A stretch of DNA of 64,000 nt from Acidimicrobiia bacterium (GTDB lineage: Bacteria; Actinomycetota; Acidimicrobiia; Spongiisociales; Spongiisociaceae). The notes below the pieces were generated by a model. The model searched no databases, was not told the DNA's origin, and saw nothing but the letters and a program-made list of their open reading frames with translations. The stretch spans positions 1 to 64,000 of the forward strand of contig JBFGLM010000025.1 in assembly GCA_041576165.1 (NCBI GenBank), written 5' to 3'. Both the position numbers and the translations under genes were made by a program. How positions within the stretch are numbered: position 1 is the stretch's first letter; every line of letters starts with the position of its first letter. Shown in pieces: positions 9,098 to 18,690 of this stretch.

Positions 9098-11098
9098 GTG
9101 TTGGTGGCAGCATCGATGAGTGCGGTGGCGCCGCCCGCCGCGGCCCATCCAGCCGACGTCTACGAATTTGAGGGCTCGGGCTGGGGTCACAGTGTCGGCC
9201 TGAGTCAGTACGGCGCCTACGGCCAAGCCCTCGAAGGGCGAACTGCACAGGAGATCCTCCGGCACTACTACCGGGGCGTCAACATCGAGACGATCGATCA
9301 GCTGGTGGCCGATGGTGACATCGCCGCCGACCACACCATCGTCACCGACGGCACGCCGTTGTGGGTAGGCGTCGTCCAGAACGCCACGTCGATCACGATC
9401 GCTCCGGTGGGCGGTGAGGTCCGCTTCTGCCAGTCGGTCACCGGTGTCGGAGTATGCGAAGAGGTGGGACGCACCGACGCCGGCGACGCCGAAGTCTGGA
9501 AGTTCGCCGAAACCGAGGTCGACGGCCAAGCCGGCTGCCTCCTCACCCGGGTCACTCCGGCTCCGGATGGTGCCGGCCCGATCCCGTTCGGTTCATGCCG
9601 GGCGTCGATCATCTGGGACGACAGCACGGCCGATCGGGTGGGGATTGAAGGAGCCGTCTGCTCGGGCAACAGTGGGATCGGGCGCAATTGTTTCAGCCGT
9701 GGCACCCTGCGTATACGCGACGACGGAGTCACCAGCGGTTTCCACGTGGCGTTGGAGATCGAGCTCGAGCAGTACCTGTACGGCCTGGGCGAAATGCCCT
9801 CGGAGTGGCCGTCGGAAGCACTGCGGGCGCAAGCGATCGCCGGCCGGGCCTATGCGGTGTACCGGCTGCTGGGCAACGATATCCCGTCGCTGGCCACCGG
9901 CAACGATGCCGGATTGAGCGCCGGCCGCAAAGCCGCGTGCTGGTGCCACATCTACTCGACGGTGAAAGACCAGAGCTATGTCGCGTACGCCAAGGAAGTG
10001 TCGAATCAGGCGTCCCGCTGGATTGACGCGGTCAACGCCACGGCCGGCGAGGTCGTAACCCACCCGACGGCCACGTCGGTGAACGCGTCGGTCGTCATCG
10101 CTTTCTACCACTCCTCCTCTGGTGGTATCACCGAGACCAACACGGCGGTGTGGGGTACGTCGTCTCAGCCTTACCTCCAGTCGGTCGATGATGCATGGTC
10201 CAACGCGCCGGCAGTCAACAATCCGTTTGAGTCGTGGACGGTTCGTGTCACTGCTGGAGAGCTTGCCGGGCTGTTGGGATGGGACAGCGTCGAGCAGGTG
10301 GTGCTGGCCAATGGAGCTCCCGCGGCCAGCTTCACGTTCACCGGAACCAACGACGGCGCGGCCGTCACCGACAATGTGACGGCGGCTGCCCTATACGCCC
10401 TGCTCGGCACCCGGTCTCCCCATATCGACAGTGTCACCGTTGATCCGTATTACCCCTTCGGTGATATTGACGGGAGCGTCCACGCGTCGGCGATCGTGCA
10501 GCTGTGGGATGCGGGCATCACCAACGGCTGCACGGATGAGCTCTTCTGCCCGGAGCGGCCGCTGTCGCGGGCACAGATGGCCACATTCCTCGCTCGGGTG
10601 CTAGGCCTCGAGCCGATCGACCAGCCCACATTCGTCGACGTCGCGGAGGACTCGGTCCACGCTCCGAGCATCAATGCCGTGGCCGCGGCCGGGATCACCG
10701 TCGGCTGCGACACGGCGGGATCACTCTTCTGCCCCGAGGAGGTCGTGTCGCGGGCGCAAATGGCGTCGTTTCTTGCCCGGGCGTTGGAGCTGGAGCCTGT
10801 CGCGGAGGGCCCGTTCCAGGATCTCACCGAGGCGGCCGGGCACCAAAGGAACATCAATGCGCTGTGGGAGGCAGGGATCACCCGCGGCTGCTCGGCTCTC
10901 GGAAGCTCGTACTGCCCGACCGACCCGATGACCCGGGCACAGACCGCTACTTTCATCGACCGCGCCTTCCTGGGCGGGGTGGGCGACCTGGCCTCAGTCG
11001 GAGGGAGGCCCGAGCAGGAACCCGCACCCCCAAGCCAGGTGCATCGCGGGCAAGACGAGGGGGAGCAAAACGGCCGCTGGCGCCCGACGGTCGACTGA
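9098..11098 (+). CDS. SpoIID/LytB-domain protein + 3 SLH repeats (paralog 3; start uncertain)
   Basis: GWGHSVGLSQYGA, EQYLYGLGEMP, AQAIAGRAYA, DQSY, FYHSSSGG; the first canonical start after the paralog 2 stop is GTG 9098. Confidence 0.88.
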   Translation: MLVAASMSAVAPPAAAHPADVYEFEGSGWGHSVGLSQYGAYGQALEGRTAQEILRHYYRGVNIETIDQLVADGDIAADHTIVTDGTPLWVGVVQNATSITIAPVGGEVRFCQSVTGVGVCEEVGRTDAGDAEVWKFAETEVDGQAGCLLTRVTPAPDGAGPIPFGSCRASIIWDDSTADRVGIEGAVCSGNSGIGRNCFSRGTLRIRDDGVTSGFHVALEIELEQYLYGLGEMPSEWPSEALRAQAIAGRAYAVYRLLGNDIPSLATGNDAGLSAGRKAACWCHIYSTVKDQSYVAYAKEVSNQASRWIDAVNATAGEVVTHPTATSVNASVVIAFYHSSSGGITETNTAVWGTSSQPYLQSVDDAWSNAPAVNNPFESWTVRVTAGELAGLLGWDSVEQVVLANGAPAASFTFTGTNDGAAVTDNVTAAALYALLGTRSPHIDSVTVDPYYPFGDIDGSVHASAIVQLWDAGITNGCTDELFCPERPLSRAQMATFLARVLGLEPIDQPTFVDVAEDSVHAPSINAVAAAGITVGCDTAGSLFCPEEVVSRAQMASFLARALELEPVAEGPFQDLTEAAGHQRNINALWEAGITRGCSALGSSYCPTDPMTRAQTATFIDRAFLGGVGDLASVGGRPEQEPAPPSQVHRGQDEGEQNGRWRPTVD

Positions 11099-11980
11099 TG
11101 TCCAAACGGCCCCGGTGAGGATCGTGGCCACGTAAGCCAGCGGCACTATGGCGCCCAGCAGGGTCTGGCCGCTCATGAGCAGTATCCCGGAGACGGCGAG
11201 GCCGATGACGAAGAGCGGCGGGACCAGCTGGCGCAGGCGTACCGCATCCGGGTGGGTCCGCAACATCCCGCGCTTCCAGCGGCCGTATTCGAAGTACTGG
11301 CGCCACAGCGCCACCAGTGAACCTCGCGGCCGATACTCGACCGCCAGCTCGGGGGTGAACCACACAACATGACCCGCCCGGCGGAGCCGGAAGTTCAGTT
11401 CGTAGTCCTGATTGCGGACCAGGGACTCGTCGAACAGTCCCACCTCCTCCAGCGGGCGGCGGTCGAACACGCCCAAGTAGACCGTATCCACTTCTCCCGG
11501 TGGCCCGCCCAGGTGAAATCGGGAGTCGCCCACCCCGAGGCGGGATGTCATCGCCAGTGCCACTGCCTGCGAGAAGAAAGTGGTGCCGGTGGCTGCCTGG
11601 ATTCCCCCCACATTGGCTGCCCCGGTGGCTCGCATCGTCTCCACGGCGGTCCGCACGTATTCGGGTGGCAGCGTCGAGTGCCCGTCACAGCGCACGATGA
11701 CCTCACCCCGCGCGGCCCGAATTGCCCGGTTCAGACCGGGGGCCGTGTACTGCGCGGGATTGGACAGGACGACGACTCTGGGATCGTCGACCGACTCGAC
11801 GATCGCCCGAGTGCCATCGGTGCTTTCCCCGTCGGCCACGATGACCTCGAGGGGTCCTGGATACCCCTGGTCCAGAGCGCTGCGAATGGCCGCCTCGATC
11901 GTCGTGGCTTCGTTGCGAGCCGCGATGACGATCGACACAGCCGGCCATTCGTCGTTGGATGCGCGGGCGGTTGGTTCCAT
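10994..11980 (-). CDS. Family 2 glycosyltransferase (ExoA-like)
   Basis: VSIVIAARNE, VADGESTDGT, RCDGH, RNQDYELNFR; C-terminal TM helices. Confidence 0.9.
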   Translation of the reverse strand: MEPTARASNDEWPAVSIVIAARNEATTIEAAIRSALDQGYPGPLEVIVADGESTDGTRAIVESVDDPRVVVLSNPAQYTAPGLNRAIRAARGEVIVRCDGHSTLPPEYVRTAVETMRATGAANVGGIQAATGTTFFSQAVALAMTSRLGVGDSRFHLGGPPGEVDTVYLGVFDRRPLEEVGLFDESLVRNQDYELNFRLRRAGHVVWFTPELAVEYRPRGSLVALWRQYFEYGRWKRGMLRTHPDAVRLRQLVPPLFVIGLAVSGILLMSGQTLLGAIVPLAYVATILTGAVWTSVDRRAPAAVLLPLVLPAMHLAWGCGFLLGPPSD

Positions 11981-12068
11981 GCCGCTACGTATACTGCCCG
12001 GCTCCCTAGCGACGGCGGAAATCATCCTCAGCGGCGAGTTTGCCTTCAGTCCCGAACTCCTGCTCTCT

Positions 12069-12725
12069 ATGTGGGCCGCGGGAACTGCGGCAGCCGGCGC
12101 CGCCGTGGCGTGGTGGCGGATCGTAGGGCCTGGCTACACATGGCTGACCGCAGGCTCCGTGAGCGGGATCGGCTTGGCAGCGGTCCTGCTCGATCCACAT
12201 CCCGGGGCGATCGTGGGCGTGGCGGGTGCGCTGCTGGCGGTGTGGGCTGCGCGCCACCCGATTGCTGCCGCGGCGCTGCTAGGTCTCTCTGCGGTCGGCA
12301 GCCTGACCACCGCCGCCGGTGCCGGCAGCTGGCCGCTGGCCGTGACCGGGTCGGCGACTTTGGGCGGCATCACCGGAGAGATGCTGTTGGGTCACTGGTA
12401 TCTGGTCAGCCCCCAGATGCCGCGCTGGGCCCTGCGCCGGCTGGACGTAGCAGGCGGTGTCGGGTTGGCCCTCGACGCCCTTCTGCTGGCGCTGGCGGGT
12501 TTCTTGGCCGGGGCGGGCGGATTGGGTGGGTGGATATTCGCCATGCTGGCCGGGGTCTCGATTGTGCTCATGACGGCAGTCTGGTTCGCCCTCCGAGAAC
12601 AGGGCTACGAGGGGGTTATGGCCGCAACCGGCCTCAGCTACCTCGCGGTGCTGACCGCGCTCGGAGCCACGGCCGTGGGACGCGTGTTGCTGTCCGGCGA
12701 CCGGTCGTTCTTTCCGCTCGGGTGA
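12069..12725 (+). CDS. Multi-pass membrane protein of unknown function (start uncertain)
   Basis: About 7 hydrophobic helices; GEMLLGHWYLVSP and VMAATGLSYLA motifs; GC3-biased codons. Confidence 0.75.
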   Translation: MWAAGTAAAGAAVAWWRIVGPGYTWLTAGSVSGIGLAAVLLDPHPGAIVGVAGALLAVWAARHPIAAAALLGLSAVGSLTTAAGAGSWPLAVTGSATLGGITGEMLLGHWYLVSPQMPRWALRRLDVAGGVGLALDALLLALAGFLAGAGGLGGWIFAMLAGVSIVLMTAVWFALREQGYEGVMAATGLSYLAVLTALGATAVGRVLLSGDRSFFPLG

Positions 12726-12804
12726 CGCCGGCGAGCCGCCCAAGAATGCCGGACCCGGTCGAGGCAAGCGGGCGTGGCAGTCGTTGCTCCCTACACTGCC
12801 GGCC

Positions 12805-13359
12805 GTGAAGATCTATACGAAGAGGGGCGACGACGGCACTACCGGGCTTTTCTACGGCGGCCGCATTCCCAAAGATTCGACCGGCCCGGAAGCGTACGGG
12901 ACGGTCGACGAGGCGGTGGCAGCCCTGGCGATGGCACGGGCCGAGGCTGAGGGCGATCTGGGCGAGCGGCTGCTGCAGCTGCAGCGCCAGCTCTTCGTGG
13001 TGGCGGCGGAGCTTGCCACAGACCCGGCCAACCACCACAAGCTGGAGTCCGGCGTCAGCCGGGTCACGCCCGGCATGGTGGAGGAGATCGAGCGCTGGAT
13101 CGACGAGCTCGTCGAAGACGTCGGGATGCCCGAGCAGTTCGTGGTGGCCGGGCGGACTCGGCTGCCGGCCCAGCTGGACCTGGCCCGCGCCGTGATCCGC
13201 CGGGCGGAACGACGGGCGGTCACCCATCTGCGGTCCGCAGGAGTGGCCGACAGCTCGGTGGTCGCCTACCTCAACCGGCTGGCCGACTACGTGTACATGC
13301 TCGTCCGGGCAGCTGAAAGCGAGTGGGAGCCCTCGCGGTCCGACGGAGGTGCATCATGA
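12805..13359 (+). CDS. pduO: PduO-type ATP:cob(I)alamin adenosyltransferase
   Basis: KIYTKRGDDGTT, AYGTVDE, ARAVIRRAER, YLNRLAD. Confidence 0.93.
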   Translation: MKIYTKRGDDGTTGLFYGGRIPKDSTGPEAYGTVDEAVAALAMARAEAEGDLGERLLQLQRQLFVVAAELATDPANHHKLESGVSRVTPGMVEEIERWIDELVEDVGMPEQFVVAGRTRLPAQLDLARAVIRRAERRAVTHLRSAGVADSSVVAYLNRLADYVYMLVRAAESEWEPSRSDGGAS

Positions 13360-14795
13360 ACATCACGAGTTCGGAATCGATCGGTCCCGCCACGGTGCTC
13401 GGGGTCGGGCTCACCGCGGGCGGCGAGTGGGATCCGGCCGCGGCCGAACTGGTCGCGAGCATCGAGGAGGGGTTGATTGCGTTTCTGGAGCAATCCGACA
13501 TGACGGGAAAACCCGGTCAAGCGGTGATGTATCCGGCGGCGAACGGAGTTGACTACGTCGTCGTGTTGGGACTGGGGGACGATCCGGACGCCGAATCGTT
13601 GCGGCAGGCGGCCGGCACGCTGTCCCGCATGACTCCCAAAGCCCCGACTGTGGCCACGACGCTGGCCAGTCGGGACATCTCGGCCGCCAGCCGGGCGGTC
13701 ACCGAGGGTCTGCTGCTCGGGCGTTACCGGTTCGATCGGTATGTCAGTGAGAGCCAGGAGCGGCTGACCGAATCGGTGACGCTGGTCGGGGGGGAGGACG
13801 CCGCCATCTCGGCCGGGCGAGCCGTGGCCGAGGCAGTCGTATGGGCGAGAGATCTCATCAACACACCGGCGGCGGACAAATCACCCGAAGACGTGGTGGC
13901 CGGGGCGCTCGAGGCGCTGGCAGATCAACCCATCCGCTCGGTGGTGTATCAGGGCTCGGAGCTGGAAGAGCAACGATTCGGCGGCCTGATGGGTGTGGCG
14001 GCCGGCTCGAGCCGCCCGGCCCGGATGCTGGAGCTGTGGTACGAACCCGTCGAGGCCCAAGCGTTCCTCGCGCTGGTCGGCAAGGGCATCACTTTCGACA
14101 GCGGCGGGCTTTCCCTCAAACCGGCGTCCGGCATGGAGATGATGAAGACCGACATGTCGGGCGCGGCGGCCGTTCTGGGTGCGCTGGCAGCCATCGTCCG
14201 ACTCGAGATCCCTGTGAAGGTCCTCGCTCTCTCCCCGCTGAGTGACAACATGCCGAGCGGCTCCGCCACCAAACCGGGCGATGTCCTGACGGCTCGCAAC
14301 GGAAAAACGATCGAGGTTGTCAACACCGACGCAGAGGGCCGGCTCGTCCTGGCCGACGCCTTGTCGCTGGCCTCCGAGCACGGACCCGATCTGATAATCG
14401 ACGTGGCCACCCTCACCGGTGCGTGCAAGGTTGCGCTGGGGGAGAAGATCGCCGGCGGGTTCAGCACCGACGAGCAGGCGCTCGATCGGGTGGTGGTGGC
14501 CGGCTCGAGGGTCGGGGAACGAATCTGGCCGCTCCCGCTGCCCGACGACTACCGTAAGCTCATCGACTCGCCCATCGCAGACATGTCCAATTCGGGCGGT
14601 CGGTTCGGAGCGGCCATCACCGCCGCCCTGCTCCTCCGCGAATTTGTTGAAGGCTGCCCGTGGGTCCACCTCGACATCGCCGGGCCGGCGCGCTGGCCAG
14701 AGGACGAGCACTACCAGTCGAAAGGCGGTTCCGGCTTCGGGGTCCGCACGCTGGTGGCGCTGGCCGAGGATATTGCGTCGAACGGCGGACTTTGA
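13356..14795 (+). CDS. pepA: Leucyl aminopeptidase (M17)
   Basis: LVGKGITFDSGG, MKTDMSGAA, NTDAEGRL; RBS GGAGG; ATGA overlap with pduO. Confidence 0.95.
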   Translation: MNITSSESIGPATVLGVGLTAGGEWDPAAAELVASIEEGLIAFLEQSDMTGKPGQAVMYPAANGVDYVVVLGLGDDPDAESLRQAAGTLSRMTPKAPTVATTLASRDISAASRAVTEGLLLGRYRFDRYVSESQERLTESVTLVGGEDAAISAGRAVAEAVVWARDLINTPAADKSPEDVVAGALEALADQPIRSVVYQGSELEEQRFGGLMGVAAGSSRPARMLELWYEPVEAQAFLALVGKGITFDSGGLSLKPASGMEMMKTDMSGAAAVLGALAAIVRLEIPVKVLALSPLSDNMPSGSATKPGDVLTARNGKTIEVVNTDAEGRLVLADALSLASEHGPDLIIDVATLTGACKVALGEKIAGGFSTDEQALDRVVVAGSRVGERIWPLPLPDDYRKLIDSPIADMSNSGGRFGAAITAALLLREFVEGCPWVHLDIAGPARWPEDEHYQSKGGSGFGVRTLVALAEDIASNGGL

Positions 14796-14825
14796 ATCAT
14801 CCATGACAAGCGACCGGCTATCCTC

Positions 14826-16136
14826 TTGGCGGCTTTGCGCGCACCACTCTGGGGGTTGAGCATCCGACGGCGGTTTCTCATTTCTACGGCCTCTGCCGAC
14901 CTGGCGGTCCTGCTCGCGGCGATAGTCCCGGCGTCGCTCATCGACTTCGGGGTGGGTCTTCCGTGGCTGGCTGAGCCACGCATCCTGCCGGTGATCGGGA
15001 TCATGGTCGGCTCGGCCCTGCTCGCCTCCTGGCTGAGCGCCCGCATGTGGTCGGGACACGCCCCGCGGCCGAACTATGGACGAGCCACCGTCATCGTGCT
15101 GGGCACGCTGGGCCTCACGTCGCTCAGCCTCACTCTCACCCAGCTGTACTTCTCACGGCCGATCATCGGCTGGACCATGGTGTTCTGGCTGAGCGGCGCG
15201 CTGGCGCACCGCGCGGTGCGACGCCGGCGTCCCTGGACCGAAGACCTGGTGCTGGTGACAGCGGAAAAAGGTCTGGTAGATGATCTGCGATTCTCAACGC
15301 ACGCCAACGTGATCGGGGTGCTCGATCCGGGCACCGAAGGCGAAATCCTTCCGCTGGAGGCCGGCCAGATTCTGGCCGTCGACCTGCGTTCGGTCCTGTC
15401 GGATCGAATGGCGCAATACGTCTCATCATGCACGCTGGCGGGCCTCGACGTCCGACCGCTCACGACGGTCTATGAGGAACACACCGGGCGGCTCCCGATA
15501 GTCCACCTGGCCGAGGGCTGGGAGTTACGGACTCCGGTTGTCAAAACGGCCCCCTACCTACCGGGCAAACGTCTGGTCGAGACGGGCATGGTCATCGTCA
15601 CCGCCCCCCTCAGCCTGCTGATTGCAGCAACCATCGCCATCATGGTCCGGTTCTCGTCGCCCGGTCCGGTGATATTCCGTCAAACCCGGGTGGGTCGCAA
15701 CGGTCAGCTCTTCACTCTCTACAAGTTCCGCACCATGCACGACGGGGCCGAAGAGACCGGACCTCGGTTCGCCGCCACCGACGACGACCGGGTGACCCCG
15801 GTCGGCCGGTGGCTGCGCCCTTCCCATCTCGATGAGCTGCCCCAGCTCTGGAACGTGCTCAAAGGTGATCTGGCGCTGGTCGGACCCCGGCCCGAGCAAG
15901 TTGCGTTCGCGCGCGAGTTTTCCCGCACCATTCCCTTCTACAGCCATCGCCATCTGATCCGTCCCGGCGTCACCGGCTGGGCGCAGGTCAACTACGGCTA
16001 TGCCGATGACCAGGCCGATACCATCGAGAAGCTGACCTACGACCTCTATTACGTGAAGCACATGTCGCCGTGGATGGATCTACACATCCTCGGACGCAGC
16101 ATCTGGACGGTCTTGACGGGCTTCGGCAGCCGCTGA
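14826..16136 (+). CDS. Polyprenyl-phosphate priming sugar transferase (WcaJ/WbaP-like)
   Basis: N-terminal TMs; KFRTM, DELPQLWNVLKGDLALVGPRPE, RPGVTGWAQV, YDLYYV. Confidence 0.93.
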   Translation: MAALRAPLWGLSIRRRFLISTASADLAVLLAAIVPASLIDFGVGLPWLAEPRILPVIGIMVGSALLASWLSARMWSGHAPRPNYGRATVIVLGTLGLTSLSLTLTQLYFSRPIIGWTMVFWLSGALAHRAVRRRRPWTEDLVLVTAEKGLVDDLRFSTHANVIGVLDPGTEGEILPLEAGQILAVDLRSVLSDRMAQYVSSCTLAGLDVRPLTTVYEEHTGRLPIVHLAEGWELRTPVVKTAPYLPGKRLVETGMVIVTAPLSLLIAATIAIMVRFSSPGPVIFRQTRVGRNGQLFTLYKFRTMHDGAEETGPRFAATDDDRVTPVGRWLRPSHLDELPQLWNVLKGDLALVGPRPEQVAFAREFSRTIPFYSHRHLIRPGVTGWAQVNYGYADDQADTIEKLTYDLYYVKHMSPWMDLHILGRSIWTVLTGFGSR

Positions 16137-16161
16137 GCTTTGCCAACCGGCTGCGCTCCGT

Positions 16162-17319
16162 TCAGCGGGGCCGGCACGTCTCGTCGTAATCCACTATCTC
16201 GGGTTTTCGAGTTGGATCACCACACGCCGGGCAACCCGGATTTTGGCCGAACCTGAGCGTCGTGAAATCCTGCGCCAACGCGTCGTAGAGCAGCAGCCGT
16301 CCGATGAGCGGGTCGCCGATCCCGAGTATGAGCTTGATCGCTTCGGTCGCCTGGATCGAGCCGATGATGCCCGGCAGCACCCCGAGCACACCCGCCTCCG
16401 CGCAGTTGGGGGCCAGCTCGGGCGGGGGCGGTGCCTCAAACAGGCAGCGGTAGCACGGTCCGTCATAGGGCCGGAAGACAGAGGCTTGTCCGTCGAAGCG
16501 AAAGATCGAGCCATGCACGACCGGAACATGGAGGTGGAGCGAGGCGTCGTTGACCAGATAGCGGGTGGGGAAGTTGTCGGCGCCGTCGATGATCACGTCG
16601 TAGCCGGACATGACCTCGAGCACGTTGTCGGCGGAGAGCCGCAGATCGTGAGTCTCGACCTTGACGTCCGAGTTGAGCGCGGTGAGGGTCTGGCGGGCCG
16701 ACTCCACCTTCTTCTCACCCACCCGGTGCAGATCGTGGAGGATCTGACGCTGCAGGTTGGTGGCATCGACCCGGTCATGGTCCACGATCCCGATGGTGCC
16801 CACGCCCGCCGCGGCCAGGTAGAGGCCGGCGGGCGACCCGAGGCCCCCGGCCCCGATCAGCAGCACCCGGGAATCGAGCAGCTTCTGCTGGCCGGCGTCA
16901 CCGACCTCGGCCAGCATGAGGTGCCGGCTGTACCGGGCTCGTTGATCGGCGCTGAACCTCCGCGGTACGTCCCAGTCCAATCCAGCCGCCTTCCAGCCGA
17001 TAAATCCGGTGTCGAGCGAGGCCACATCGGTGTATCCGAGCTGCTCGAGCGCCCGGGCGGCGAGCGCGGACCGTGCCCCGCTGGCGCAATAGAGGACAAT
17101 CGGCGTGTTTTGCTCCGGGGCCGCAGCCCGGATGCTGAACTCGAGCATTCCGCGGGGTATGTGGCGCGCACCGGGGATTGCGCCCTGTTCGAACTCGTCG
17201 GCCTCGCGGACGTCGATCACGAGCGTGTTCGGGCCGATGCGGCCGGCCAGGTCATCACAAGTGAGCTCGGTCACTGCGGCCCGAGCCTGGGCCACGAGCT
17301 CGTTTTCATGGACCGCCAT
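16162..17319 (-). CDS. moeB: Rhodanese-MoeB/ThiF adenylyltransferase fusion
   Basis: N-terminal rhodanese (IDVRE, YCASGARS); RYSRHL, GAGGLGSP, NLQRQ, CYRC. Confidence 0.92.
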   Translation of the reverse strand: MAVHENELVAQARAAVTELTCDDLAGRIGPNTLVIDVREADEFEQGAIPGARHIPRGMLEFSIRAAAPEQNTPIVLYCASGARSALAARALEQLGYTDVASLDTGFIGWKAAGLDWDVPRRFSADQRARYSRHLMLAEVGDAGQQKLLDSRVLLIGAGGLGSPAGLYLAAAGVGTIGIVDHDRVDATNLQRQILHDLHRVGEKKVESARQTLTALNSDVKVETHDLRLSADNVLEVMSGYDVIIDGADNFPTRYLVNDASLHLHVPVVHGSIFRFDGQASVFRPYDGPCYRCLFEAPPPPELAPNCAEAGVLGVLPGIIGSIQATEAIKLILGIGDPLIGRLLLYDALAQDFTTLRFGQNPGCPACGDPTRKPEIVDYDETCRPR

Positions 17320-17405
17320 GACCTGAGCGTACCGGGCGCGGCCGAAAATGGGGCCCGCCGCCACCCGGTCTCGATGTGGGATGAGCGGTGATCGGCGGCC
17401 TTCGC

Positions 17406-18158
17406 TCAGCCGACGAGGCGATCAACCAGCACAGTCAACGCGTCGCCGGCTCCTGCCTCGACCTTGATCGCGGCGTGGTCGAAGTCGGTCTCTCCCTGGT
17501 TGATGATCACGAACGGCGCGCCGCGGCGGGCGGCCATCAGCGGAATCTCCGCCGCCGGCCACACCGAAAGTGTGGTGCCGACTGCTACGACCGCATCGGC
17601 CCGGCCGGCCATGTCCTGGGCCTTGACCATTTCAGAGGCGGGGAGGAGCTGTCCGAACGAGACGACGGTGAGCTTGATGATGCCGTTGCAGTGCGGGCAG
17701 TGTGGATCGTCTTCACCTGCTTGCACGCGGGTGAGGACTTCCCCGGTAGGCCATCGGGCGTCGCAGACGAGACAGGTCACCGCCCGGGTGTTGCCGTGGA
17801 GTTCCGCTACTGCGTCGGCGGGTAACCCGGCTTCTAGGTGGAGCCCGTCGATGTTCTGGGTCACGCATCCGGCCAGCCGGTCGCATTCCCAGAGTCGCAC
17901 GATCGCATGGTGGCCGCGGTTGGGTTGAGCTCCCACATATCGAGAGTCACCCCACATGGCCCAGCTGCGCTGGCGGATCTCGGACGAAGCCAGGTAGCGG
18001 TCGATCGTGAAATCGTCCGGGTCGACCTTTGTCCAAAGGCCCTCCGGTCCCCGAAAGTCGGGAATGCCGGACTCGGTCGAGATACCGGCGCCGGTGAAGA
18101 CCAGTATTCGGGTGGCGCCGGCGAGCGCAGCTGCCGCCTGGTCGATCGGTTGGTCCAT
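17406..18158 (-). CDS. cobB: NAD-dependent deacylase (sirtuin)
   Basis: GAGISTESGIPDFRG, TQNIDGLH, ELHGN and two CxxC. Confidence 0.95.
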   Translation of the reverse strand: MDQPIDQAAAALAGATRILVFTGAGISTESGIPDFRGPEGLWTKVDPDDFTIDRYLASSEIRQRSWAMWGDSRYVGAQPNRGHHAIVRLWECDRLAGCVTQNIDGLHLEAGLPADAVAELHGNTRAVTCLVCDARWPTGEVLTRVQAGEDDPHCPHCNGIIKLTVVSFGQLLPASEMVKAQDMAGRADAVVAVGTTLSVWPAAEIPLMAARRGAPFVIINQGETDFDHAAIKVEAGAGDALTVLVDRLVG

Positions 18159-18201
18159 GCTGGGAGCGTAGACGGCGCCACCCGCAACTTCCCCGCAACG
18201 C

Positions 18202-18681
18202 TCACTTTCCGGGCGGGGATGCCGGCCGGCCGTTGGGGCCGAGGAGTTGTCGGTCCCTGTTGGGGGCGGTGCGGGCGTGCTCGGCCCGCAGCCAGCTGGG
18301 GAGCAGCCGGAGCTGGCGGGGTGTGAGCAGGGGGACCCGCTCCCGGACCAGCACGCGGGAACCGTAATGGAGCACGAGGTGCTCGGCTGCCAGAACGTGG
18401 AGGTAGAGAGGATAGGGGAGCGGGTTCCCCCTGGTGGCGGCGGTCACGAGCCGCAGGAGATCCGCCACCGCAGAGGGTCCGATGGCTGCACTCCAATACC
18501 GCCGCACATAGGGATCGGTCGGCTCGACGGAGGCAGTGAGCGGGTCGGGCCAGATGGCGGGCCGGATGATGGCGCGTGGGGTGGCGGAGATGCGGCGGGC
18601 AGTGCCCGGCTGTGGCGCGGTGTCCGTGGCGACGGGAGGACAGTCATCGGAACGGACGGGGCCGGGCACTGCGTACCGCAT
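18202..18681 (-). CDS. Hypothetical protein (YVRRYWSAAIGPSA motif)
   Basis: Fills the gap between two minus-strand genes; protein-like core DPYVRRYW..IGPS..VPLLTPRQLRLLP..EH; start uncertain. Confidence 0.6.
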   Translation of the reverse strand: MRYAVPGPVRSDDCPPVATDTAPQPGTARRISATPRAIIRPAIWPDPLTASVEPTDPYVRRYWSAAIGPSAVADLLRLVTAATRGNPLPYPLYLHVLAAEHLVLHYGSRVLVRERVPLLTPRQLRLLPSWLRAEHARTAPNRDRQLLGPNGRPASPPGK

Positions 18682-18690
18682 ACCCCTACG

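Noticed and set aside
1-11000. Recurring DNA segments such as (G)CAGATGGC and GGCATCACC that could suggest a repeat array or CRISPR
   Set aside because: They are codons of the SLH repeats (QMA, GIT); no fixed repeat-spacer periodicity and no cas genes
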